Assembly (NCBI RefSeq): GCF_009914755.1
Contig: NC_060940.1
Strand: one strand, 5' to 3'
DNA length: 64,000 bases
Source: the human T2T-CHM13v2.0 reference genome, Homo sapiens
Shown: positions 39,308-55,517 of the stretch, piece after piece
Layout of the letters: each line of letters starts with the position of its first letter
How positions within the stretch are numbered: position 1 is the first letter of the stretch
Notes under the pieces: model-generated
Told to the model about the DNA's origin: nothing
Seen by the model: only the letters and a program-made list of their open reading frames with translations
Database searches by the model: none
Translations under genes and position numbers: made by a program

Positions 39308-40054
39308 TCATGAATTAGGGAGAAGCTGTCTGCACACCCCTTGGTTCATGAGTAAACTTTAAAACAAGTCCTAGGGCCAGGTGCGGTGGCTCACACCTGT
39401 AATCCTAGCACTTTGGGAGGCCGAGGTGGGTGGATCACCTGAGGTTGGGAGTTCGAGACCAGCCTGACCAACATGTCTCTACTAAAAATACAAAAATTAG
39501 CTGGGTGTGGTGGCGGGCACCTGTAATCCCAGCTACTCAGGAGGCTGAGGCAGGACCATTGCTTGAACCCCGGAAGCAGAAGCTGCAGTGAGCCGAGATG
39601 GCGCCACTGCACTCCAGCCTGGGTGAAAGAGCAAAACTTTGTCTCAAAAAATAAAAATAAATAAATAAATAAAACAAGTCCTAGGCTGGGTGTGGTGGTT
39701 CACATCTGGAATCCCAGCATGTTGGGAGGCCAAGGTGGGTGGATCACTTGAGCCCAGGAGTTTGAGACCAGTCTAGGCAACACAGTGAGACCCCATCTCT
39801 ACAAAACAATTAGAGAAAATGTGCCAGGCATGGGGGGCACATGCCTGTAGTCCCATCTACTTGGGAGGCTCAGATGAGAGGATCACTTAAGCCCAGGAGG
39901 TTGAGGCTGCAGTGAGTCATGATCATGCCACTGCACTCCAGCCTAGGCAACAGAGTGAGACTTGGTCTGAAAAAATAAAAAAGTAAAACAAATCCTGAGG
40001 TTTTAGATTTCAGAAAGAATTATGAGGGGTTAGTAATTGCCATATTTCATTTAG

Positions 40055-40225
<171 letters not shown>

Positions 40226-40699
40226 TAAAGGCACATGCCACCACCATGTATTTTTGATAGAGAGGGGTTTCACTATGTTGCCCAGGCTGGTCTCAAACTC
40301 CTGAGCTCAAGCCAGCCACCTGCCTTGGCCTCTAAAATGCTGGGATTACAGGTGTAAGCCACTGCACCCGGCCTTTTTTTTTTTTTTTTTTTTTTGAGAC
40401 AGATTCTCGCTCTGTTGCCCAGGCTGGAGGGCAGTGGCGTGATCTCGGCTCACTGCAACCTCCGCCTCCTGGGTTCAAGTGATTCTTCTGCCTCAGCTTT
40501 CTGAGTAGCTGGGATTACAGGTGTGCCCCACCACGCCTGGCTAATTTTTGTATTTTTAGTAGAGATGGGGTTTCACCACGTTGGCCAGGCTGGTCTCAGT
40601 CCCTGGCCTTGTGATCTGCCTGCCTTGGGCTCCCAAAGTGCTGGGATTACAGGTGTAAGCCATCGCACCCAGCGCATTTTTTTTTTTTTAATAATTGAG

Positions 40700-41100
40700 G
40701 AATTTACCTGACACATCATTATCACCCAGAGTCCATAGTTCCCATTAGGGTTCATTCTTGCACTTGTGTATTCTGCGGCTTTTGACCAACATAGAGTGAC
40801 AGTGATCCATCTTTGCAGTGTCGTACAGAAGAGTTTCCCTGCTGGAAAAATCCTCCGTGTGCTCTGCCTGTTCCTCCCTCCCTCCCCCTAAGTCCTGGCA
40901 ACCCCTGATCTTTCTTCTGTCTCCAGGGTTTTTGGCTTTTCAGAATGTTGGACTCACACAGCGTGCTATACGGTAGGTAGCAATGTTCAGGTTGGCTCTT
41001 GGTAATGTTTCTTCTGCATCTTTTCAAGGCTTGCTTGAAAAGGCTCCATTTTTAGTACTGAGTAATAGTCCATTGTCTGGATGTCCCATGCTGTGTTTAT
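40700..41100 (-). mobile_element. Old L1 3' fragment (L1MC/MD-like)
   Basis: cacccagagtccatagtt..cattagggttcattcttg..tgtattctg..gcttttgac, and ggcaacccctgatcttt..ctgtctccagggttttt. Confidence 0.65.
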
Positions 41101-41807
41101 AAAGTTACCCCATCAGATATTTTTGTGTGTGGCTGTGGTGGTCAGTGTGATTAGTCCTGTCATCTTGCTTGGAAACAAAAGCCTCAGTGCATGTGCATTC
41201 TTGAATTTTATTGAAGAAATGAGTTTGTTGTTGTTGTTATTGTTGCCCAGGCTGGAGCACAGTGGCACAATCTTGGCTCACTGTAACCTCCGCCTCTCGG
41301 GTTCCAGCAGTTCTCCCGCCTCAGCCTCCTGAGTAGCTGGGATTACAGGTGCCCGCTACCATGCCTGGCTAATTTTTGTATTTTTAGTGGAGACTGGGTT
41401 TCACCATGTTGGCCAGGCTGGTCTCGAACTCCTGACCTCAGGTGATCCACCCACCTTGGCCTCCCAAAGTGCTGGGATTACAGGTGTGAGCCACTGCACC
41501 CAGCCAACCCAGGAGTTTAACAGCAGTTTGGGTAACATAGTGAGACCCCATCTCTACAAAAATTAAAAAAAAAAAATTAGGCAGGTATGGTGGCATGCAC
41601 CTGTAATCCCAGCTTTCTCATGAGGCTGAGGTGGGAGGATCAATTGAGCCCTAAAGTTGGAGGCTGCAGTAAGCTATGATCACACCACTGCACTCCAGCC
41701 TGGGCAACAGAGTGAGATCCTGACTCTTAAAAAAATAATAATAGAGCCAGGCACAGTGGCTCACGCCTGTAATCCCAGCACTTTGGGAGGCTGAGGTGGG
41801 CGGATCA

Positions 41808-42124
<317 letters not shown>

Positions 42125-42147
42125 CTAAATGCATTTCTTTCACATAG

Positions 42148-42314
42148 GTATGACTCCCTCACTGGGGTTCTGGTCAGCCAGCAGAACCTGCTGCTGGAGA
42201 AGGCCAGTGTCCTGTTCAACACTGGGGTCCTCTACACCCAGATTGGGACCCGGCGCTATCGGCACACGCAGGCTGGGCTGCAGAGTGCCATAGATGCCTT
42301 TCAGAGAGCTGCAG
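42148..42314 (+). pseudogene. RHPN2: RHPN2 pseudo-exon 7 (167 nt)
   Basis: tag|(W)[55 protein letters not shown](G)|gtatgt. Confidence 0.95.
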
Positions 42315-42466
42315 GTATGTCTCCTCCAGGGCTAACTGGACAGAGCCTTGGCCCCGCCTGGAGGCACCAGGTGACCCCCCCACTGAAGAGGGTCTACAGG
42401 TCGTCCCCTGCAAGGGCCAGAGCAATCTTCAGCTCTGGTGTAACTTCCCATTAAGAAACTTGCTCC

Positions 42467-42784
<318 letters not shown>

Positions 42785-42989
42785 TCAGTCTGGGATGGCT
42801 TGATGTACATGGTGAATCCTGTGGCTGATGATTGATCTTTTCCAGACAAGTGGCCCTGGGATGGCAGTGCATAACTGTTTCTTTCAACACTGTCATGAAG
42901 AGCAGAATAACTTTTCCCAAATAGTGAAACCGTAGGCTTCTTTTTCTTGTATTAGGTGTACCCTATCTGTGCGTATTACTCTCCGTGCC

Positions 42990-43430
42990 TTTATTTATTT
43001 ATTTATTTATTTATGAGATGGATTTTCGCCCTTGTCGCCCAGGCTGGAGTGCAGTGGCGCAATGTTGGCTCACTGCTTGAAACCTCCCGGTTTCAGGTGA
43101 TTCTCCTGCCTCAGCCTCCTGAGTAGCTGGGATTACAGGCACCCGCCGCCACGCCCGGCTAATTTTTGTATTTTTAGTAGAGATGGGGTCTCACCATCCT
43201 GGCCAGGCTGGTCTCGAATTCCTGACCTCAGGTGTTCTGCCTGCCTCAGCCTCCCAAAATGCTGGGATTACAGGCACCCGCCACCACGCCCGGCTAATTT
43301 TTGTATTTTTAGTAGAGATGGGGTCTCACCATCCTGGCCAGGCTGGTCTCGAATTCCTGACCTCAGGTGTTCCGCCTGCCTCAGCCTCCCAAAATGCTGG
43401 GATTACAGGGTGAGCCACCACACCCTGCCC
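42990..43430 (-). mobile_element. Alu with an internal 135-bp tandem duplication
   Basis: gctgggattacagg recurs at 43126, 43261 and 43396, with near-identical sequence between. Confidence 0.9.
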
Positions 43431-43603
43431 CTCCATGCCTTTATGTCACCTGCATTCTGCCAGCTTCTCCAGCATGAGGTGGGTGTTCTCAACCCTTTGT
43501 CAAGTGATGCATTCAAAGGATGTCTCATAGCTCAGTTCCCTTCTTCTGGGAACTGTCTTTTGTTGTTTTATTTTATTTTATTTATTTGTTTATTTTGAGA
43601 TAG

Positions 43604-43816
<213 letters not shown>

Positions 43817-45033
43817 TAATCCTAGTATGAGAACAAGGTGCGGGGTCGAGGAGAAAAGCAGCCTAGTGCTTACACCTGTAGAGGACCGGGGTCACCAGAC
43901 CCAGTGCTGTGGGTGAGCCTGGCATGGCTCACCCTTGCCTGCGGGTTCTGCCTTGCTCCCCCATAGCAGGGCCTGTGTCTGGGTCAGACTCCGCATGGGG
44001 ATGGATGCAAGAGCAGGGCACAGTGTAGACCACAGTGTGTTCTCCACACTAGCTCTATAGTGTGTTGCCTTCTAGGTTGATCATCGACATTCTGCTTTGG
44101 GGTGTGATCCCCTTCCACCCGTGTGGATCATTGTTTGATATCACTTTGCCCTGCAAGCTTGTGAAGAACCAGAGCTTTGCCACTTCAACTCATTGTGAAA
44201 TTTGTGATGTTACAATGATTGGTCCTAACAGCCTGGGCCACACAGGAAGACCCTGTCTCTACAGAATATTTAAAATTAGCCAAGCGTGGTGGTGTACACC
44301 CATAGTTCCAGCTACTCCAGAGGCTAAGACGGGAGGATCAATTAAGCCCAGGAGTTTGAGGCTGCAGTGAGCTAGGATTGCCAAAAAGAATTTTTTTTAA
44401 TTAAAGAAATAGGCCAGGCATGGTGGCTCATGCCTGTAATCCCAGCACTTTAGGAGGCTGAGGTGGGTGGATTGCTGGAGCTCAGGAATTTGAGATCAGC
44501 CTGGGCAACAAGGCAAAATTCCATCTCTACAAAAAGTACAAAAATTAGCTGGGCCTGGTGGTGCATGCCTGTAGTCTCAGCTACTTGGGAGGCTGAGATG
44601 GAAGGATCACCCAAGGTTGTGGTAAGCCAAGATCGTGCCATTGCACTCCAGCCTGGGCGACAGAGCAAGAACCTGTCTCAAAAAATAATTAATTAATTAA
44701 AAAAATGAAAGATTGTTCTCTTAGGATGAAGTGATATGCTAAGATTCCAAGTATGAGTTGATTTCTTTTGTTGTAAATCTTTTTTCTGGACTCATCTTTC
44801 TGGGGAATCTTAGGCAGGCACTCTGTGTCCTGTCTCTGAGATTATAGCAATGGAGACAAATTATAGATGAAATGAAGCAAGTGGGAGAACAGTGGGGAGT
44901 GTGAGGGAACCCCCACGGAGCTCACAGCTCAAAACAGCAGGTGCCATCCCTCCGCAGGGCGGGGATTTTTTTTTTTTTTTTTTTTTTGCTCAGCAACAAA
45001 ACCAGAGGACCCAGTTGGCTGGGATTCATATGA

Positions 45034-45289
<256 letters not shown>

Positions 45290-45999
45290 TAGCTGGGATT
45301 ATAGGTGTGTACCATCATGCCTGGCTAATTTTTATAATTTTAGTAGAGGCAGGGTTTTGTCATGTTGGCCAGGCTGGTCTCGAACCTGACCTCAGGTGAA
45401 CCACCCGCCTTGGCCTCCCAAAGTGCTGGGATTAGAGGCATGAGCCACCGTGCCTGGCCAGAACAGATCTTTCTTGAGGTCCAGGGGAAAAGCCCTGGAC
45501 TGCTGAATGACTCAGATCTTATGTGTGAGCCTGGCCCCCTGTGAGCCCCTCAGTCCTTGTGCCTGCTCTCTGCTTGCATCTCCATACCTGTCATGATGGA
45601 ATTTTGTCCCAGGTGACACAGGAGTTGTGGGGAGCAGGCTGGTTTCTCTACTCAATAGAGATGTAAGTGTTTTGGAAGATAATCCAATTTTTAAAAATTG
45701 GGTTAAAAGGCTAGGTGGGGTGGCTCACACCTGTTACCCCAGCACTTTGGGTGGCCGAGGCAGGCAGATCACCTGAGGTCAGGAGTTCAAGACCAGTCTG
45801 GCCAACATGGTGAAACCCCATCTGTGGTAAAAATACAAAAATTAGCTGGGTGTGGTGGTGAGCACCTGTAATCCCTGCTACTTGGGGGGCTGAGGCAGGG
45901 GGATCGCTTGAACCTGGGAGGCAGAGGTTTCAGTGAGCTGAAATCATGCCACTGCACTCCAGCCTGGGCATTTATTTATAAATAAATAAATAAATAGTG

Positions 46000-47160
46000 T
46001 TAAAATATACATATATAACCTAAAATGTACTATTTTAACCAGTTTTTTTATTACAGTAAAATAATACAACATAAAATTACCATTTTAATGATTATCTTAA
46101 ATTTTTAAAATTTTAAAATTATCCTGCCAACCAGAAGCACATTTTAACCATTTTGAAGTGTGTAGTTCAATGGCATTAAGTGCATTTGTACATTCATAGT
46201 GTTGTGCAGCCATTACCACTAAACATCTCCAGAAGTTAAAAATATTTTTTGTTGGTTAGGCAAGGTGGCTCACACCTGTAATCTCAGCAGTTTGGGAGGC
46301 TGAGTCAGGAGGATCACTTGAATCCAAGAATTGGAGACCAGTCTGGGCAACATAGGCACACCCCATCTGTACAAAAAATTTTAAAATTAGCTGGGTGTGG
46401 GGTAGTGCATGTCTGTAGTCCCAGCTCTTCAGGAGACTGAGGTGGGAGGACTGCTTGAGCCCAGGAGTTTAAGGCTGCAGTGCGTCATGATCATGCCACT
46501 GCACTCCAGTCTGGGCAACAGAGTGTGATCTTGTCTCAAAAATAAATAAAATAAATACATTTTTAAAAAGTATATATTTTTTAAGAGACAGGGGTCTCAG
46601 TATGTTGCCCAGGCTGGTCTTGAACTCTTAATATCAAGCAACCCTCCCACCTCAGCCTCCCTCGTAGCTGGGATTACAGGCAGCAGCCCCTGTGCCCAGC
46701 TATCTCCAGAACTTTTTCATCTGGATGATGGATAAGCAAAGCTCTGTACTCAGTTAAGCAATAACTTCCCATTGCCCCCTTTCCCAGCCCCAGCTAACCT
46801 CTGTTCTCCTTTCTGTTTCTGTGAATTTGACTATTCTGGGTACCTTATCTAAATGGAATCCTACAATATTGGTCCTTTTGTGACTGGCTTGTTTCACTTA
46901 GCATAATGCCCTTATTTACACTGTACCATGTGTCAGAATTTCATTCCTTTTTAAGGCTGAAAAATACTCCATTGTATGGATAGGCCACATTGTGTTTAAT
47001 CATTCATCTGCTCACGGATGTCTGGGTGGTTTCCACTTTTCAGCTCTTGTAAATAATGTTGCTATTAACACGGGTGTTCAAGTATCACTTAAGCCCCCAC
47101 TTTCAATTGTTTGGGGATATATATCATAGGAGTGGAATTGCTGGACCATATAATTGAGAA
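46000..47160 (-). mobile_element. L1MB-like 3' fragment interrupted by Alus
   Basis: ttttaaccattttgaagtgtgtagttcaatggcattaagt..., ccttttgtgactggcttgtttcacttagcataatg, ttcctttttaaggctgaaaaatactccattgtatggata. Confidence 0.8.
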
Positions 47161-47183
47161 TCAAACTTTTTAATATGTTGTAG

Positions 47184-47471
<288 letters not shown>

Positions 47472-47596
47472 TGACCTCCCAATGTGTTGGGATTATGGGC
47501 ATGAGCCACCACACCTGGCCTCCTATCTTTCTCTACAGCAACGTGATGAAGTAAATATAAACCCGAACTAATGGGCAAAACATTTTCCACTTTTAG

Positions 47597-47784
47597 GGGT
47601 TTTAAACTACCTGAAAGAGACATTTACCCATAATCCAAGTTACGATATGATCCCTGCCATGCTCAGCGTGCTTGTCAAAATGATGCTTGCACAAACCCAA
47701 GAAAGCGTGTTTGAGAAAATCAGCCTTCCTGGGATCTGGAATGAATTCTTCATGCTGGTGAAGGTGGCTCAGGAGGCTGCCAAG
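47597..47784 (+). pseudogene. RHPN2: RHPN2 pseudo-exon 8 (188 nt)
   Basis: tag|(G)[62 protein letters not shown]|gtaaga. Confidence 0.95.
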
Positions 47785-48193
47785 GTAAGACTCCCTGGTT
47801 CCTGTGACTTTGGGGGGTGGGCAGGAAATGCTGGCACAGGAGCACTGGAAGTAATGGGGCCTTCCCACAGGAGCTTGCCTGTGACCTGGGCATTGTGCCA
47901 GCTCCGGCCAGTACTGCTGGCTTGAGTTTTCTTGGCAAGTGTTGGTGTTTCAGATACGGATCACTGATTCCATCTGCAGCTTAACCTAAAAACCAGCATA
48001 ATGACAGCAGCCTGATCCCCCTGTTAACTGTGACAATGACAGAACGGGGGGTTGCTTGGAGTTGCTCCCAGATTCTGGAGCAGCCCCTGGCAGGGGCTGT
48101 TGCATGAGAAGAAGAAAGGGCTCTTTCTCTGCAAATGGGTTCATGAGGGCCCTTGTGCCGGGCTGCCCCTTCCCAATGCCCCTTCTATTTCAG

Positions 48194-48350
48194 GTGGGAG
48201 AGGTCTGCCGACAGCTGCACGCAGCCATGAGCCAGGTGCTGGTGAAAGAGAACATCCCCTACTCCTGGGCCAGCTTGGCCTGCGTGAAGGCCCACCACTA
48301 TGCGGCCCTGGCCCACTACTTCACTGCCATCCTCCTCATCGACCACCAGG
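48194..48350 (+). pseudogene. RHPN2: RHPN2 pseudo-exon 9 (157 nt)
   Basis: cag|VGEVCRQLHAAMSQVLVKENIPYSWASLACVKAHHYAALAHYFTAILLIDHQ(V)|gtaagg. Confidence 0.95.
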
Positions 48351-48617
48351 GTAAGGCCTGTGGGGTTCGGGGGTTTGGCCAGGGCTGTGGTCCAGCTGCC
48401 CCAGGGGCGATTCTGAGCTGAGTGAGAGCTAACTGCCTTCCCTGGAGATGCTCACAGGCTGAAGGCAGAGGATGAGAATGACCCATGACTGAGGCAGCTG
48501 CTGCACAGGCCATGGTGGGGTTAGGGGTTATAAGCTTCTTTAGAGGGAGGAAGAGGAGGCACCTTTAATTCTGCCTGTGTGCAAGAGGATGAATTTTCAC
48601 CTGGAATCTAGAATCTA

Positions 48618-49043
<426 letters not shown>

Positions 49044-49394
49044 TTATTTTATTTTATTTTATTTATTTTTAGAGATGGGGCTGGAGTGCAGTGGTATGAT
49101 CATGGCTCACTGCCTTCTTGAACTCCTGGGCTCAAGCAATCCTCCCACTTCAGCCTCCTGAATACCTGGGACTACAGGCACATGCCACTACACCAGTTAA
49201 TTGAAAAAAATTTTTTTCGTAGAGATGGAGTCTCACTATGTTGCCTAGGTTGGTTTCAAATTCCTGGCCTCAAGCAATTGTCCTGCCTTGGCCTCCCCAA
49301 AGTGTTGGGATTACAGGCATGAGCCATGGTGCCTGGCCAGGGATTTTTGATCTAATAAGTACTAATCCAGGCAGCCTCCCGAGGAATTAAAAAG

Positions 49395-49580
49395 ACAGCC
49401 TCTGGAGCCAGACTTCCTGGGTTCATATCTCAGCTCTGCCATGAATGAGCTGTATTACCTTGGGCAAGTTACTTAGCTGTCCTCTGCCTCGATTTTCTCA
49501 TCTGTAAAATGGGTATATGGAGAGAATCTACCTCACAGGCTGTCATGAAAATGAAGGGCCTGTATGCAAAGCTCAATAAT
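49395..49580 (+). mobile_element. MIR
   Basis: tctggagccagacttcctgggttcatatctcagctctgcca...ccttgggcaagttacttag...ttttctcatctgtaaaatggg. Confidence 0.85.
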
Positions 49581-50137
49581 GCTTTATATGCTGTAGGTTC
49601 TCTGAAAGTGTGAGCCACCACTCCTAGTACTATATAGTCTATTAGGCGAGACAAGATGTTGAAACAAATAGAAATACCATATAGTGCCTTGGTGATTGCT
49701 GCAGAGACACAAATGCAGCAGCAGGTGGACTCCATGGTGCAGTCATTGATGGCTTCTCAGAGGCGGTGACATTTGAGTTCAACTTTTCCATCTGCACAGG
49801 AGGGAAGGGTCAGCCTAGAGGGAGTAAAGTGTCTGAGCACAGGAACAGAGGCCGAGGGTGCTGGGGAAGTGGAGAGTGGTTTTGTGAGGTTTGAGAGCAG
49901 GATATGCACCAGGGAGGGTGTGGTTGAAGCAGGAAGGGGCTCTGCTGCAGGTGTGCAGGACTGCAGAGGGGTGCAGGCCAGGCATGACAGGGTCTGGGCT
50001 GTGCTAGGAGGTTCTGTGTGGTGGGTGAGTCAGAGGAGGTAGTGTGTGGGGGCTCAGGGTCAAATTATGAACCTCACCAGGTGTGGTGGTTCACGCCTAC
50101 AATCCCAGCACTTTGGGAGGCCGAGATGGGTGGATCA

Positions 50138-50596
<459 letters not shown>

Positions 50597-50899
50597 CTAA
50601 CTACTCAGGAGGCTGAGGTGGGAGGATCACTTGAGCCCAGGAGTTCAAGGCTGCAGTGAAATATGATTGTGCCATTGCACTCCAGCCTGGTGACAGAGTG
50701 AGACCGTCTCAAAGAAAAAAAAAGCTTGAGGGTCAGACTGCCTGGGGTGTGTCCAGGGGCAGAAAGGAGAGCCATGATCCCAAATGCCTTGTGAAACTGC
50801 AGAAGAAAGGAAACTAGAGACATGGTAGAAAGAGAAATCTCTATGTGGGTCTGTGGCCAGGTCCATGAGAGGGGATTTAACCTGTGGTTCTCTTTGCAG

Positions 50900-51019
50900 T
50901 GAAGCCAGGCACGGATCTGGACCACCAGGAGAAGTGCCTGTCCCAGCTCTACGACCACATGCCAGAGGGGCTGACACCCTTGGCCACACTGAAGAATGAT
51001 CAGCAGCGCCAACAGCTGG
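50900..51019 (+). pseudogene. RHPN2: RHPN2 pseudo-exon 10 (120 nt)
   Basis: cag|(V)KPGTDLDHQEKCLSQLYDHMPEGLTPLATLKNDQQRQQL(G)|gtgcat. Confidence 0.95.
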
Positions 51020-51549
51020 GTGCATGTCCCTCTGCACCCAGATGTGGGTCCCACTTGGTGACCAGCTGGTCCTGCTCACAGACAGCCACAGAGAGGTCCC
51101 TGAAGAGGGCCCGGGAGAGGGGGGTGTTCCAAGTCATCGTGGCCACTTTGGGTTCGGAAGTCATGAGGCACAGTCCTGAGCCTCAGAGGGCTTCCCAGGC
51201 TGTGTTCTCATGGGTTCCATAGCACCCAGGCCTCCCCCTGTGGAGCCAGGACTTTAACCATCTCCCTTGGGGTCCACAGGGTGGCCTGTATCATGCTAAC
51301 AGGGAAGGAGACGTTTGTTGATTTCCTTATGCATGGCTGAATTCCCAAGAACACCTAATGACTGGTAATGAAGTGTCCTGGTTTGGTCTCTGCCATGTCT
51401 CAGTGTGAATATCTCTTCCCATGTGCAGACCTCACCTCCACCACCCTAATCTGCCCCCACGCACACATACGCAGCTTCCCCGTCTCAGTGATGGCAACTC
51501 CCACCCCTCTAGGTGCTCAGGCCAGAAACCTTGGACTCACTCTCCAGTC

Positions 51550-52195
51550 TTCTTTTCTTTCCTCCTCTTTCCCCTCCCCTCCCCTCTGCTCCCCTCTCCT
51601 CTCTTCCCCTCTGCTCCCCTCCCCTCCTCTCCCGTTCTCTCCCCTCCTCTTCCCTCCCCTCCTCTTCCCTCCCCTCTGTTACCCTCCCCTCCTCTCCCAT
51701 TCTCTCCCCTCCTCTTCCCTCCCCTCTGTTACCCTCCCCTCCCCTCCTCTCCCCTTCTCTCCCCTCCTCTCTTCTCCCCTCCCCTCCTCTCTCTGCCGTC
51801 CTCCCTCTCCTCTCTCCTCCGTCCTCCCTCCCCTCCCCTCCTCCCTCTCCTCTCTTCCCCTCCTCCCTCTCCTCCCCTCCCTTCCCTTTCTCCCCTCCCC
51901 TCCCTTCCCATCCTTCCTCTCCTCTCCTCCCCTCTCCCACCTCCCCTTCACTCCCCTTTCTCCTCCTCTCCCCTCCCCTCTCCTCTCATCCTTCCTCCTC
52001 TCCCTTCACCCTTCCCCTCTCCCCTCTCCCCTCCCCTCTCCTCTCCTTTTCTTTTTCCTTGTTGCTTTCCTTTTCTTTCCCTTTCCTTTCCTCTCTCTCT
52101 TTTATTCTTTCTTTCTTTCCTTTCTCTCTTTCTCTCCTCCCCATCTACCCTTCCTCCCTCCTTTCCTCTTTCCTTTTCTTTCATTTGCTTTCTTT
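51550..52195. repeat. ~650-bp polypyrimidine/polypurine low-complexity tract (CCCCT/CCTCT, then CTTT)
   Basis: Almost pure C/T on the + strand, abutting the tail of an antisense Alu. Confidence 0.95.
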
Positions 52196-52756
52196 GACAG
52201 CATCTTGCTGTCCCCCAGGCTGCAGTGCAGTAGTGCAATCACAGCTCAGTGCAGCCTCAAACTCCTGGCTTCAAGTGATCCTCCTGCCTCAGCCTGCTGA
52301 GTAGCTGGGACTATAGACATGCACCACCATGCCCGGCTAATATTATAAAAAGGTTTTTTTAGAGATGTGGTCCCACTATGTTGCCCGGGCTGGTTTTGAA
52401 CTCCGAGCTTCAAGTGATCCTCCTGCCTCAGCCTGCTGAGTAGCTGGGACTATAGACGTGCACCACCATGCCCGGCTAATATTATAAAAAGGTTTTTTTA
52501 GAGATGCGGTCTCACTATGTTGCCCGGGCTGGTTTTGAACTCCGAGCTTCAAGTGATCCTCCTGCCTCAGCCTGCTGAGTAGCTGGGACTATAGGCGTGC
52601 ACCACCATGCCCGGCTAATATTGTAGAAAGGTTTTTGTAGAGATGCGGTCTCACTATGTTGCCCGGGCTGGTTTTGAACTACTGGCCTCCAGCGATCCTC
52701 CTTCCTCTGTCTCCCAAAGTGCTGGGATTACAGGCACGAGCCACCACACCTAACCT
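52196..52756 (-). mobile_element. AluJ-like element with an internal 139-bp unit present three times
   Basis: ttcaagtgatcctcctgcctcagcctgctgagtagc... starts at 52270, 52409 and 52548. Confidence 0.92.
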
Positions 52757-53195
52757 CTTGTCTTACTTTCTCACCCTACATTTGATTAGCAAATCCCTTT
52801 GGCTGTACCTAGAAGACACACTCAAATCTGGCCACTTTAACCCTGCTGCCCTGGTGGAAGCCACATGTGTACAGTGCTTATGTAAGAAACATTTACTCAC
52901 TTAAACCCCACACAACACTATGAGGTGGGTCTCATGGCATCCCCATTTTACAGCTGAGGAAACTGAGACCCAGAGCGGTCACGTGGCTTGCCCTGCTCAT
53001 AGCTGGTTTTCTTGCTGCCCCTTCAGAGTCTGCTCATGCAGGCCAGATCACATCAGTCCCCTGCTCACACCCCAGTGGGCTCCCATCTCACGCAGAACAG
53101 GAGTGAGAGCCCTCATCTCGCACGCATGAGATCCGCCATGATCTGGCCTTGTTCCTTCCCTGCACTCATTCTCTCCCACCTTCAGGCACACCTTA

Positions 53196-53672
<477 letters not shown>

Positions 53673-54235
53673 TTACCCTGCTTTATTTTTCTCTATAACC
53701 TCATCACCACCCCATCCATTACATATTTCTTGTCTTGTTAGTTATCTGTCTTCAACCACTACATGTAAACTCCATGAATGTGGGGGCAGTTTGTTTACTC
53801 GTTGCTTTATCTCTAGTGCCCAGCACATTTGGTAAATATTTGTTGAGTGAACATCTTATGGACACAAGTGAGCTTATTACATATGCATTTAAGGGAGGCT
53901 TGGGCTGGGCGCGGTGACTCACGCCTGTCATCCCAGCACTCTGGGAGGCTAAGGCAGGCAGATTGCTTGAGGCCAGGAGTTTGAGACCAGCCTGGGCAAC
54001 ATAGCAATGATAATGAAATGATAATGATAATGAAAACATTATCCAAGTGTGGTGGTGCATGCCTGTGGTCCCAGCTACTCAAGAGTCAGAAGCGGGAATT
54101 TCAGTTGAGCCCAGGAGTTTGAGGCTACGGTAAGCCATGATTGCACCACTGTACTCCAGCATGCGAAACAAAGTGAGACCCTGTCTCTAAATATAAAATA
54201 TAAAATGAAATAAAATAATATTTTAATAAAAGGCT

Positions 54236-54754
54236 TGTTGTAACCAAGTGAATTGTAGAGAAACGCCACACTTTGAGACTAATTCAGGAGTCATTTATTA
54301 GCCGGTGACCGAGAGACGGATAATGCTCGAAATTGTCTCGGGCCTGAAGAAGGGGCTAGATTTTCTTTTATACTGTGGCCTAAATAGGGGAGGGGGGTTT
54401 AACTGAAGCAATTTTACAGAAGTAGAATAGGCAAAAAGTTAAAAAAGTAATTCGTTATAGAAGCAGTTACAAAAAATAAACAGTTCCAGGTGCAGGTGCT
54501 TAAACTATCACTAAGAGATAAATGCAGGGGCTTTAGGTACCTGCCACTGAGCACATCCCCAGGAGCTGCTGGTACAGCCTGCCTCAGTATCTTATCAGCA
54601 GTTTGCATTCCTGGGTGTGCTTGGAGTCAGCTTACACTAGTTATTCCCTTAAGGGGGATAAAGGGGGCTGCAAGTGAAGAAACTAAAATGTAGTCTGTCT
54701 GTCTCTCTCTGCTAGGAGAGAGTCACTCAGGTTAAAACAAGGTAGGGTATCACG
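54236..54754 (-). mobile_element. ERV1 solo LTR, LTR6A/LTR6B-like (HERV-S71/HERV-T), with a 4-bp TSD
   Basis: Minus strand starts (C)GTGATACCCTACCTTGTTTTAACCTGAGTGACTCTCTCC and ends GGTTACAACA, with an internal AATAAA. ggct flanks both sides (54232-54235 and 54755-54758). The family name is from recall. Confidence 0.8.
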
Positions 54755-54878
54755 GGCTCTAGCTATCCAGGCAGATCCTTTAGAAAAGAGAACGTCCAAC
54801 CTCTTGGGCTGCCCTTTGGGCCCTTATGCTCTGTTTGGTGGATCTCCAAGTCACGTGGGTGCTGGCTTCCGTCTGCAG

Positions 54879-55517
<639 letters not shown>

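Noticed and set aside
51368-52304. 258-310 aa Pro/Leu/Ser-rich ORFs
   Set aside because: An artefact of a C/T tract that cannot contain stop codons. It is open in all frames and ends in Alu sequence.
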